DNA of 64,000 bases, taken from assembly GCF_030144855.1 (NCBI RefSeq), contig NC_082731.1, forward strand, positions 25,048,001 through 25,112,000, read 5' to 3'. This stretch comes from Hypanus sabinus. Lineage: Eukaryota. A program made the position numbers and the translations under genes. Under the pieces are notes generated by a model. It saw nothing but the letters and a program-made list of their open reading frames with translations, did not search any database and was not told the DNA's origin. Below, one piece after another: positions 52,570-62,217 of the stretch; the stretch's first letter is position 1; each line of letters begins with the position of its first letter.

Positions 52570-54030
52570 AATAACAACAAGAGGTTCCTTATATGCTGGA
52601 AATCCAGCGAAACACACGTAAAGTCCTTGATGAACTCGGCAAGATAGGCAACATCTATGGAGAGGACTTTTTTAATATGTAGGGCCGACAGCTTCCACAA
52701 GGGAAGAAAATGAAAGACGAATAAGCAAGGTAAATAAGATGTGTGAAGGAATGGCGTGCAATGTGGAGGGTGAATCGTTAAATGAGGTCAAGGAGAAGGA
52801 GGGGTGAGGAAAGGTAAATTAAGTGAGCAGCTGTTAGTTGATGAGTGAAAACTGTAATGTGCGGAAGACAAACTAAACTGACAGAAGATGTCAATGGGCC
52901 GTTGGAGTTAGGGGAAGAGCCGGGTCACCAGATATTCGTGATGAGCAAGTGAAGAGAGGAGAAGGTGTAATGGAATAAAGAGAGAAACCGTAGAACGAAG
53001 GAATATAAATAAAACTATTTTAATGCACCCGGGGCAGAGGCAAAGTCGATAGAATATTCGGCATTTCACCTACAGACTGGGAGTGACCTGACCTTGATCA
53101 CAGAGAGGCTAAGGACACAACGGAAATTGAAAGGTAGCTGTCTGTCAACTATGCTTTTTCGATTTATCTGTACATTCCCCACTATGTCGCTTATAAAAAT
53201 CATATTTGCTTTAGTCAGTTCCTCCGAGGTTGTACGACGGATGACGCTTTCCGTTACAGGACAACAGACATTTTCTGCTTCTTCAAACGAATGGTTTCCA
53301 TACCTCTATCAACGACTTTCAATGAATTTCATCTCATCAATTTCCCAGGTCTTCACCTTCACAGAACTAAGAGATCGCGGATGGATCTTAGATGCTCGTC
53401 GACGCTGTCTGCCAATTTACATCGGGATAGATCGATATATAGCAGGCCACTTCGGGAGAATGTGAACCCAGCAGACTTACCTGTGGTATGTCTCAGTGGG
53501 CACATATTTTAATTCAATTTCTCATTCCATTCCGATATGTACATCCATGGCTTCCTCCACTGCCGTGATATGGTTGCAAATAGGTCGCAGGAAAAACACA
53601 TTATATTACATTTGGCTACCATCGAACTCGATGACATGAACATGTACGTCACAATCTTCCATTATTGACTCCACCCCTCCCCCAATTTCAACATTTACCA
53701 CCACCTTTCCCCGCTCACATATAATCTCCGTTCCCGGCCATTGCCTCACTGTGGTGTTCCTCCTTCATACCCAACTTTTTCATTCCTGCAGGGCCTTTTC
53801 TCTCTTTCATCAAAAATCTTCCTAGCATTTTGCGTCATCCCTCCCTTTCAAAGTTTCACCTATCGTCTGGTGTTTCTCTTCATTTTCCTCTCACCTTTCA
53901 TATCTACTTCTCTACATTTTTTCTTCAGTCTTGATGAAGGGTTTCGGCACGAAATTTCCACTGTGCTTTTATTTCACATAGATGGTGTCTGCCCTGTTGA
54001 CATTTTCTAAGATCTTATATGCGTAGCAAC
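52570..54030 (+). mobile_element. Penelope-like retroelement remnant
   Basis: Degenerate GIY-YIG-family C-terminus at about 53450-53660 (DLPVV..HIF/NS.SHS.SDM..HG...C...EKHII..L....MN), flanked by oppositely oriented terminal repeat pieces. Confidence 0.55.
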
Positions 54031-54339
54031 ATTGTTTCCCTACCTTGCATTCACTAATAAAGACATGCTGATGGACTACTGGCTTCCTCGCTGAATCTTT
54101 TAATGGGATTTTCGAAACGCTGGGCCACCCAAACGTTAAGCAGTATATAGTTGATAAAGCAAAGAATCAAACGCACAGACCGATAGTGCACTCCTTCCTG
54201 TGGTAATGTTGAAACGTTTCTCCTGCAAAACCGTGTAGGTTGAAGTCTGAAAATGAGGAAATAGACAATCTAGTTGCACCAAGTTTCATGGAAGTCCAGG
54301 GTTTGGAACCTGGTGATGACGGGCGAGGACGAAGATTAG

Positions 54340-55140
54340 TGGAGGGGCATGTAGTGTTCAGGAAAATGGGAGGATGCAGAAAGACTTAGAGAGATGAGGA
54401 GAATGAGCAAGAAACTGGCCAGTAGAATATGATGTTGGGAAATGCATGGACAGGCATGTTGGTAGTTAAAATAAATGTTCGTACTACTTTCTGAACGAAC
54501 GGGGAGAATATCAAAACTCTGGATGCAAAAGCTCCTTTTGCAGAAGAACTTCAAGGTTAATTTGCAGGTTGAGTTGGTCTTGAGAAAGGCAACTGCAATG
54601 TTAGCATTTCTTAGGCACTGGTTAGGCCTCACCGTACATAAACAGTTTTGGGCAGCTCATCTCTGAAAGGTTCACAAGGATGATTCCAGGATGAAAGGGA
54701 TATCCTACGAGGGATGTTTCATGGCTCTGGCTCTGTACTCGTTGAAATTTCGAAGGATGGGCGGGACTTCATCTAAACCTTTCGAATTATGAAAATGCTA
54801 GTGTGAGTTGATGTGGAAAGGATGTTTCCCGCAGTGCGAGAGTCTAAGACAAGATGGCACAGCCTCAGGACAAAGGGGAGACTATTCAAAACAGAGATGC
54901 GAGGATAATTCTTTTGCCAGAAGGTGATGATATTTTTTTTTTAATTGTTGCGATATGAAGATGTGCAGGCCAGGTGTATTTGAGACAGAGATTGATAACT
55001 TCATGAACGATGAATATGGCATGAATGATTACGGGGCTAATTTCGGGAAATCGGTTTAGGAAGTTAGGAAAAAAGAGGATTAACCATGATTGAATGCCGC
55101 AGCAGACTGGAATGGACAAATGGCCTAATTTCTGTTAGTA
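54340..55140 (+). mobile_element. CR1-like LINE 3' fragment
   Basis: QKNFKVNLQVELVLRKATAML and VRPH..Y..QFW.P.L-like remnants plus 3' UTR. Confidence 0.65.
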
Positions 55141-56699
55141 TGTCTTAGGGTCTTACGGTCTTGGCCGAATTAAAATCCATGTACACTCTGACCTATACTC
55201 TGCATTTGTATGTAAAGCAGTTAAAAAGGATAGCCACATCTGGTAAATACCGGCATAATTCGAGCAAACTCTAACGGCTTTAGTATTACAATCAGTGCAC
55301 ATTCTTTTGCTATAAGTATCATTCAAACTGTTTAATTTTTCCATATTATGTGCACATATTATTGTAAGTGAGCATCCAAAGACTGCTGATCTACTCATAG
55401 ATACACATAATATGCAAAGAACAATTATTCCGTCACATTAATGCTAATCCTTCGAAAATTAAGATTGTAAAATCGTTGAGAAACGTTGTGTTTTGGGCCC
55501 CAATAGGGACCACATACTGATGAGGAGCTGGAATGAAACACTGTCCAACGAACACATGAAATGACTTTTACGTTTCTGTATTAGGAAATGAAGGCAGCAC
55601 GAAAACATTACCATCGTTATCCCCAAAATATGCACGGCAATGCAATGCGCTAGAAAGTTTTCTCTCTAAAGTTTATTTTTTCCTGACCTAGCCGTCAAGC
55701 TGTTAGCTTCTGATTCCGTTTCAGTGATTCCAGGCATGAGAGTCGAATATAGAGAGCGAGACAGTGAGAGTCTGAATGAGAGTGAAAGTGAGAACGATAT
55801 TATGAGCGTGGGAAACGAAGTCAGGGAAATAACACAGACAGGCTCTTTCGCTTCTTTTGGATACAATGCTACATGACCTTCTTGAATATGCCTTGATTTT
55901 TTTTTCAAAATCATCTGCGCACTCAATTTTAATCGGCACTGTCAAGAATCGCCGAATGAATAGACATGGTTATATCCCTTGTTTCATATTCCATCAGCAA
56001 TATCTGGAATTAAGGAAAATGTACTCGTAACGGTACAGAAGTAGATCGGCTATCTTGTATGTCATCGGAGGCTCAGTTGTGTGAGATTTCCAGCAGTTGG
56101 CTTTGTTGATAACGGGTGTATTGCGGTTGACTGAATGGAGAAGGCATTTCGGCGATATTAGCAAAACTGCAACTGATCTTATCACACACTTTATCTCGCA
56201 AATGAAGAGCAGGAAATGCGAACAATATTGACCGGCTGATTCTCACACACACCGTTTTTTTTTCTTTCGGCTCCTTCCACTTTCTCCCAATCCACGTTGC
56301 AGCCCTGGGTAACCGCATGCTCCCACTCTCCTACCCATTCGCCTCTTCCTCCGCTATCCCAATATTTTCATCACCTACGTGGAACAGTTCATGACCCTGG
56401 AATACACTGGTAACATTCCAACTGTCCTCAACTCTTCCTGTGCTGCATGAACGAATGCACAGCTGTTGCTTCATGTATCGTCGATGATCCCCTCAAATTT
56501 CTCAACTTTCCTCCAAATGCCACAGCGCCCTTTAAATCTCTTATCAGACTTCTGAAACCTTCTTGCCTTTCGAAGCATTTTTTTAAGAATTCGAAGTAAG
56601 AGGCGAAGAGGGAAGAAGTAAAGGCATCTCGGAGAGAATCCACACTTTTCAGCAGATCGGGGAAAATATGCCAGACTGCGCAGGCGCGTGTCTTTGCGT

Positions 56700-58730
56700 G
56701 CCAAAAATTTAAAATGGAAAGGAACTTTTCAATGGTCTTTTAATTCGAAGCAAGCGGTGGAGAGTGAGAGAAGTAAGGGCATCTCTATCAGGAAGCCTTT
56801 TTTTTATCAGGAAACAAATAAGTTTTTTGAGAAGTATACAAAGTGCAAAAAATACTTAAGAAAGAAATCAGGAGGGCTAAAAGAATAGATGAGGTCGCTT
56901 TGGCAGTCAAGGTGAAGTATAATTGAAGAGCTCCTACAGGTATATTAATTGCAAAAAGATAGTAAGGGATAAAATTTATCCTCTTGTAGATCTGAGTTTT
57001 TGGCTCTGTATGGAACCACAAGAAATGAGGGAGATCTTAAATATATTTCTTGCGTCTGTATTTACTAAGGAAACTAGCATGGCGACTAGGGAAATAAGGC
57101 AAACAAATAGTGATGTCATGGAACATATACAGAATGGAGGTGCGTGATATCTTGAGACAAATCAGAGAAGTTAAATCCCCAGGACCTGACAGGGTATTCT
57201 CTCCGACCCAGAAGAAGACTAGTGTTGAAATTGCCGGAGCTCTGGCAGATATATTTAAAATAGTGTTGTGTACGGGTGAGGTGCCAGATGATTGAAGGAT
57301 AGCTCAAGTTGTTCCTTTTTGTAAAGGCACTAAAAGTAATCCAGTAAATTATAGACCGGGAAGTTGGACGTCGGTAGTAAGTAAATGATTGGAAGGAGTA
57401 CTAAGTGATAGGATCTACAACTATTAAGTAGACAGGGACTTATGACGGAGAGTCAACACGGCTTTATGCGTGGTGAGTCATGATTAACAAATTTATTAGC
57501 ATTTCCCAATGAGGATACAAGGAAAACCGATGAAGGGAAAGCAGTGGATGTTGTCTACATGGATTTCAGTAAGGCCTTTGACAAGGTTCCGCATGGGAGT
57601 TTAGTTAGAAAGATACAATCGTTAGGTGTACATAGTGAGGTAGTAAATTGGATTAGATATTTGCTCAATGGGAGAAACCAGAGAGTGGTGGTGGAGGATT
57701 GCTTCTCTGAGTGGAGGACTGAGAATAGTGATGTGCCACAGGGATCAGTGCTGGGACCATTGTTATGTGTCATCTATATCAATGATCTGGATGATAATGT
57801 GGTAAATTGGGTGATCAAATTTGCTGATGATACAAGCATTAGAGGACAGTGATGAAGGTGTTAAAAGATTACAGAGGTATCTGGAACAGCTGGAATAAAT
57901 GGGCTGAAAAATGTCAGATGGAGATTAATCCAGACACGTTTGAGGTATTGCACTTTGGAAGGAATAAAACAAGGTAGAACATTCAAGGTATGTAGGACAC
58001 TGAGGATTGTAATAGAACAAAGGTGTCTAAGAATACAGATGCAAAATTCCCTAAAAGTGCAGTCACTGGTAGATATAGTAGTAAAGAGAGCTTTCTGTAC
58101 ATTGGCATTTATAAATCAAAGAATTGAGTGTAAGAGCTGGAATGTTATGGTGAGGTTGTATTAAGCATTTGTGAGGCCCAATTCGGAGTATCGTGTGCAG
58201 TTTTAGTCAGCGAATTACTGGAAGTATATTAATAAGTTTGAAAGAGTGCAGAGAAGTTTTACAAGGATGTTGCCGGGACTTGAGAAACTGATTTACAGAG
58301 AAAGGATGAATAGATTTGGACGTTATTCACTGGAGCGTAGAACAATGAGGTGAAACTTGATAGAGGTATATCAAATTATGATGGGTATAGATAGAGTGAA
58401 TCAAGCAGGAATTTTATTTTCCACTGAGGCTAGGGGACAAAAATAAATAAACCAAAGGACATGGGTAAAGATACAGGGTAAAAGTTTAAAGGGAACATGG
58501 GGGGGGGGGGGTTCTTCACAAAGTGAGTGGTGGGAGTGTGAGCTTGCCAGATGAATTGGTAAATGCGGGCTCGCTTTTAAGATTTAAGCAGAACTTGGAC
58601 AGGTACATGGTTGAGAGGTGTATGAGGGATATGGTCCAGGTGCAGGTCAGTGGGACTAGGTAGAAAAATGACTCGGCACTGCCAGGTACGGCCAAAAGTC
58701 CTGTTTCTGTGCTGTAATGTTCTATGGTTC
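56700..58730 (+). mobile_element. 5'-truncated CR1-like LINE (RT) ending just upstream of the NAR-TCR promoter
   Basis: KSPGPD, NYRP.S, DVVYMDFSKAFDKVPHG, VPQGSVLGPLL..IYINDLD and KFADDT, with a TTCTATGGTTCT tail at about 58720. Confidence 0.88.
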
Positions 58731-59029
58731 TCTATCTCGTTGACTACATCCCTATAGATATATGGAGATGGCTGATGATATGGTTAAAAAACTTGGGACA
58801 CTAACAGTTATCCTAATGAGACTACTTTTCACTCTGACACACTGATACTATTTCAGTTCCTTTTCGCAGCTTCCACGTCTTTTGGTATTTATTCAAAAGA
58901 CGTGGCATTTTCCTGTTGGTGTTAAAACTGTCAGGGAGGAGCTTTCACATAAATTGCAAAGAACTTGAGTGGAAACAGAACCATAGCCATAGCTCATTCA
59001 ACCTGACACTTTCTCGCTCAAAACGTATT

Positions 59030-59162
59030 TCGGAAACCGCGCAGGAATTACATAAATCTCGACCGCAACCAGCTGAACTGCCTCTGTCCGGTTCTGAGGC
59101 AAAAACTACCACAGCGTTCCAGCTCTGAGTAATGTAAACCATCGACACCCGGTGACTTAATG
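59030..59162 (+). promoter_or_regulatory. Putative NAR-TCR V promoter
   Basis: Directly 5' of the leader ATG. RUNX-type ACCGCA (59062) and ACCACA (59108), E-box CAGCTG (59070), ETS-like CGGAAA/CAGGAA (59031-59047) and a TGAC half-site (59153). These are short motifs, so function is inferred from position. Confidence 0.45.
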
Positions 59163-59205
59163 ATGGACTTTCTCTTGAATGTTACGCTGTGCCTTTGCTT
59201 TCGCC
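59163..59205 (+). CDS. Leader (signal peptide) exon of NAR-TCR V
   Basis: ATG at 59163 encodes hydrophobic MDFLLNVTLCLCFR plus 1 nt, followed by a GTGAGT donor at 59206. The 140-bp intron ends at TTGTTATTTTCCAG (59345), and the phase-1 splice puts the leader in frame with the V exon. Confidence 0.85.
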
Positions 59206-59345
59206 GTGAGTACCGATCATAACTGTCAGCAGTCTGCGACTTAAATATAAAACTAAACAAGTAGAATGAGAATTTTATGAATTCACGCTATCTTGCGTGT
59301 TTCATATATAATGATATTTCGCTTCTTCATCTTGTTATTTTCCAG

Positions 59346-59633
59346 TCTTCTTCAGTCAGTCCGTGACCCAAAACCCAACAGCGGTGACGAAAAGTGAATG
59401 TCAATCTCTCGCCATCACATGCAGGTTCCATGCCAGCGGGTCGGATGAATTTGTAACCGGACAGTTCTTTAAACAGACGCAGCCAGGAACGGACTGGGAG
59501 AAAATCTACAATAGGGGAAGGTTTATTACAACGGAGGATAAAGCAGAAAACACAATTACACTGAAAATAATGAAACTTGTTGTTAAGGACAGCGCCAACT
59601 ACTTGTGTAAAGTTAGATATAAATATTACTCTG
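59346..59633 (+). CDS. NAR-TCR variable segment (IgNAR-like V domain exon)
   Basis: Open frame (L)FFSQSVTQNPTAVTKSECQSLAITCRFHASGSDEFVTGQFFKQTQPGTDWEKIYNRGRFITTEDKAENTITLKIMKLVVKDSANYLCKVRYKYYS. Canonical Cys at 59420 and 59606 are only 62 codons apart (CDR2 deletion typical of VNAR). It has GRF and DSANYLC motifs, an extra FR1 Cys at 59399, and a 3' RSS. Confidence 0.92.
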
Positions 59634-59671
59634 CACAGAACTTTTAAAGGGATTCCCGCCGTACATAAACA
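59634..59671 (+). other. RSS of NAR-TCR V (23-class, 22-bp spacer)
   Basis: Heptamer CACAGAA (59634-59640), 22-nt spacer, nonamer ACATAAACA (59663-59671), directly after the V coding end. Confidence 0.8.
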
Positions 59672-59978
59672 GTAGAAGAAAATTACCCCATCAACGGCAT
59701 ATCGTACGGACTTTTCTGCACGTTACTCCACGAAGCTGTTTGCCTGCATTCCATACAGTATATTTTGAATTGGAACAGGAAATATATTGTTCATATCCAG
59801 TTCCCTGCTCTTCTTAAAATGCATGTACAAAACAAACTTTCGCAAATACTTTGTAGCAAACCGCAATTGAGAACAATTTTCTGCCTACTCAATCCTTTCA
59901 TTCAGATGGGACCCGACTACAACAATGTGGATGCTGGATTCGTAGCTGAAGCTGTTGTCTCTAGCCCAATCCGTTTCT

Positions 59979-60007
59979 GCGATATGTACCTGACATGAAA
60001 CACTGTG
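59979..60007 (-). other. 5' RSS of NAR-TCR D (perfect heptamer, degenerate nonamer)
   Basis: CACTGTG at 60001-60007 (CACAGTG on the minus strand). Best nonamer candidates are GCGATATGT (13-nt spacer) or CGTTTCTGC (20-nt spacer), so the spacer class is ambiguous. Confidence 0.55.
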
Positions 60008-60021
60008 GATTTTGGGATATA
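60008..60021 (+). other. NAR-TCR D segment (14 nt, GATTTTGGGATATA)
   Basis: Bracketed by CACTGTG and a clear 12-RSS, between V and J. All three forward frames are open (DFGI / ILGY / FWDI). Confidence 0.88.
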
Positions 60022-60049
60022 CACAACAGAATATAATCGAACAAAAACT
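60022..60049 (+). other. 3' 12-RSS of NAR-TCR D
   Basis: CACAACA + GAATATAATCGA (12 nt) + ACAAAAACT. Confidence 0.88.
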
Positions 60050-60355
60050 TTCGCTACCGAAAAGTTATATATTCTGGAATCGGGATATAGAAACATATGA
60101 TCGATTACTTTTGCGCTGTGATCTATTGAATTCCATTGTATATTCCCCCTTTCAGTATATTTTCTTTGACACTTGTTGCAGTTTAGGGACCAGACACGCC
60201 GAAAGTATGATGCAGCTATCTTATTTTTCTTTTTCTTTTTTCACGTTTAGCTTCACAGGTGTTTGTGGAGCACAGGATGATGTTCTTGATGTTTTAAAAG
60301 TCAGGAATAGGTGTTCACTGTCTAGCAACGGCTGCTTATAGACTGAGTCGTGGAT

Positions 60356-60394
60356 ATTTTTTGTATCAGTGAGACTGACATTCGGATCACGGTG
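60356..60394 (-). other. 23-RSS of NAR-TCR J
   Basis: On the + strand: ATTTTTTGT (60356-60364) + 23 nt + CACGGTG (60388-60394). It is 12/23-compatible with the D 3' RSS. Confidence 0.85.
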
Positions 60395-60449
60395 CGTTAC
60401 GCCACAGAATATCTTGATGCAACCCCGTCCACGGTTACTGTCGCAGTCG
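60395..60449 (+). other. NAR-TCR J segment (non-canonical, RYATEYLDATPSTVTVAV)
   Basis: 55 nt between a 23-RSS and a GTAAGT donor at 60450. The frame is open and ends in the J-like TVTV strand. The phase-1 end G joins AT of the next exon to make an in-frame Asp codon. Confidence 0.85.
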
Positions 60450-61646
60450 GTAAGTATCTGAACTGGCGAAATTTATAAAACCGTTTCATCAAGGGCAGTA
60501 GTGTTAAATAAAAAAACTTTCATTGAGATTTCTGAAATAGAAGCTATTATGTTGGCCCTAATGAAAAGCAACGCGTTGAGATTGCCAGTCATGAGCACGA
60601 CTGAGGAAAAGTACAATTAAAGTAAAAGCACGTTTCTGTGTACCCATGCAGTGCATGGGGAGCGACAATATGCAGAGCGTTTGTGTGTGTTTCCAGCAGT
60701 TTGTTTTGGCAGCAACAAAAGAAGTGCTGATCTTGTGTAAGCACAGAGCTCTATCAAGTTTTGAAGGAATTTTTCATGGAGGTCCTGTGTTCAACGAAAC
60801 TGCAGGTCCACAGAAACTGCATGTTAGAAGATTGAGAAAGTAACGCTTCATCATGCTCAAGCTAAAGGTGCAATTAGACATTGGAGATATCCCGTTGCGA
60901 ATGTGCCTAACATCCACGTGTAAACAGCAATGCAATCGACAATGAGAGATTGACTAAGGACATTTTAAGTTGATAGCATATATGTACCATATGCCGCAAA
61001 AGTGATAGGGTGGGAAAGCATATGAAAACTAACTGAACTGTAAGTAAAGGATGACCTGGCACAGCGGACAGCGAAACATGAGAAAATCTGCAGGTGCTAG
61101 AAACCCAAGCAGCACACCCAAAATGTCAGATGATCTCCGCAGGCGAGGTAGTATCTAATAATCTGATTAAGTGCCTCTGCCTGAAACATGGCTTGTTTAC
61201 TATTTTCTTACACAGTTTTTATAAACTTAGCGATAATAACAGTTGTCTGGCCTGCTGAGATCCTTTAGCATTGGACTGCGTCTCACCGAATGTTTAGGAA
61301 GTTTTATCCGTGGTATATTTTAGTTGACAACTGGTACTCCTTAGCCCACAGGTTCTCATCTCAAACATGGAAAACCATTTCCTGCTCATGGATCTTAACC
61401 TGCTCAATCAAAGAGCCACATATATGTAGAGGTGCACTAGTCGTTGTAAATATACATATATACATCAATCATTTTCCCCATTCATTTTTCATTATCTACG
61501 TGACATAAAATAGAACTTTACACAATAGAACAGGTAGACCTTCCATCTCTCGGGATGCTGGATCTGGAAGATTGTTTCAAAAATGTTCAATATTTTAATT
61601 ATTAATACTTGTGACGTTTCCAAATTCCAGTATCTATATTCTGAAT

Positions 61647-61699
61647 ATGAATTTTTTCTTCGTGTAATTTCATTTTTCCTACTGCACCTTCTGCCAATT
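61647..61699 (+). pseudogene. Possible vestigial leader exon of the supporting V-delta
   Basis: ATG AAT TTT TTC TTC GTG TAA. One extra T in the T6 run would give hydrophobic MNFFLRVISFFLLHLLPI. It lies about 120 bp before the V acceptor, but no GT donor remains. Confidence 0.4.
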
Positions 61700-61817
61700 A
61701 CTTATCCACCTCATTGACAACGAAACCAGACGGTTTGAATACTTCACCTATTCGTATGGGTGTTGGATCCAGTGACATTAGTAAAGTAATAGTGATGTTT
61801 CTTGTAAATTCCTTCAG

Positions 61818-62123
61818 ATGCTGTATCCCTGCTGTCCAAGAGTCCGCCTCTACAATCTCATAATTCTGACGATGTTGTCACTTTAAGCTGCGAATATTTC
61901 GGATTCTGTGCATACACGGTACACTGGTACCGGCAGATCAAAGCAGAGTCTCCAAAATATTTGCTCCAGAGACATACCTCTGGAGATCAAGATCAGCAAA
62001 ATCCTGCCAAAGGACACTTATACGGTTCTCTCGATCCTGACAAGAAAATCAGCGTGTTAAAGATCTCAAAACTGAAAATAAGCGACTCGGCTTTGTACCA
62101 ATGTGCCATCAGTCGGCGAACTG
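61818..62123 (+). CDS. TRDV: Supporting TCR-delta V segment of NAR-TCR (leaderless, extra CDR1 Cys); absent from the ORF track
   Basis: Acceptor TTCCTTCAG (61817), then open frame (D)AVSLLSKSPPLQSHNSDDVVTLSCEYFGFCAYTVHWYRQIKAESPKYLLQRHTSGDQDQQNPAKGHLYGSLDPDKKISVLKISKLKISDSALYQCAISRRT. Cys at 61889 and 62102 are 71 codons apart. It has WYRQ and DSALYQC motifs, an extra Cys at 61907, and a 23-RSS follows. Confidence 0.93.
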
Positions 62124-62162
62124 CACAGTGATACACAGGAGGAAGCGAGATGCACAAATACC
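62124..62162 (+). other. 23-RSS of supporting V-delta
   Basis: CACAGTG + 23 nt + ACAAATACC directly after the coding end. Confidence 0.93.
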
Positions 62163-62178
62163 CCAGTGTTCTGGCTTA

Positions 62179-62217
62179 CACAGCGTTTCAAAAGACGAAA
62201 AGAGTTGTACAAAAACG
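62179..62217 (+). other. Second, tandem 23-RSS downstream of supporting V-delta
   Basis: CACAGCG (62179-62185) + exactly 23 nt + ACAAAAACG (62209-62217). Same orientation as the first RSS, 55 bp downstream of it. Confidence 0.75.

Noticed and set aside
55690-55860. Acidic Ser/Glu-rich frame (ESIERDSESLNESESEND) like a piggyBac transposase N-terminus
   Set aside because: Low-complexity GA-rich sequence with no catalytic domain or TTAA/TIR ends identified, so it is too weak to call.
59348-59355. Alternative acceptor TTCTTCAG for the NAR V exon
   Set aside because: It puts the leader out of frame (CTC AGT CCG TGA). The 59345 acceptor is the in-frame one.
59923-60120. Extra heptamer-like CAATGTG (59923) and CGCTGTG (60114) as possible additional D segments
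   Set aside because: Neither has a nonamer at 12 or 23 nt or a partner 3' RSS, so only one D is supported.
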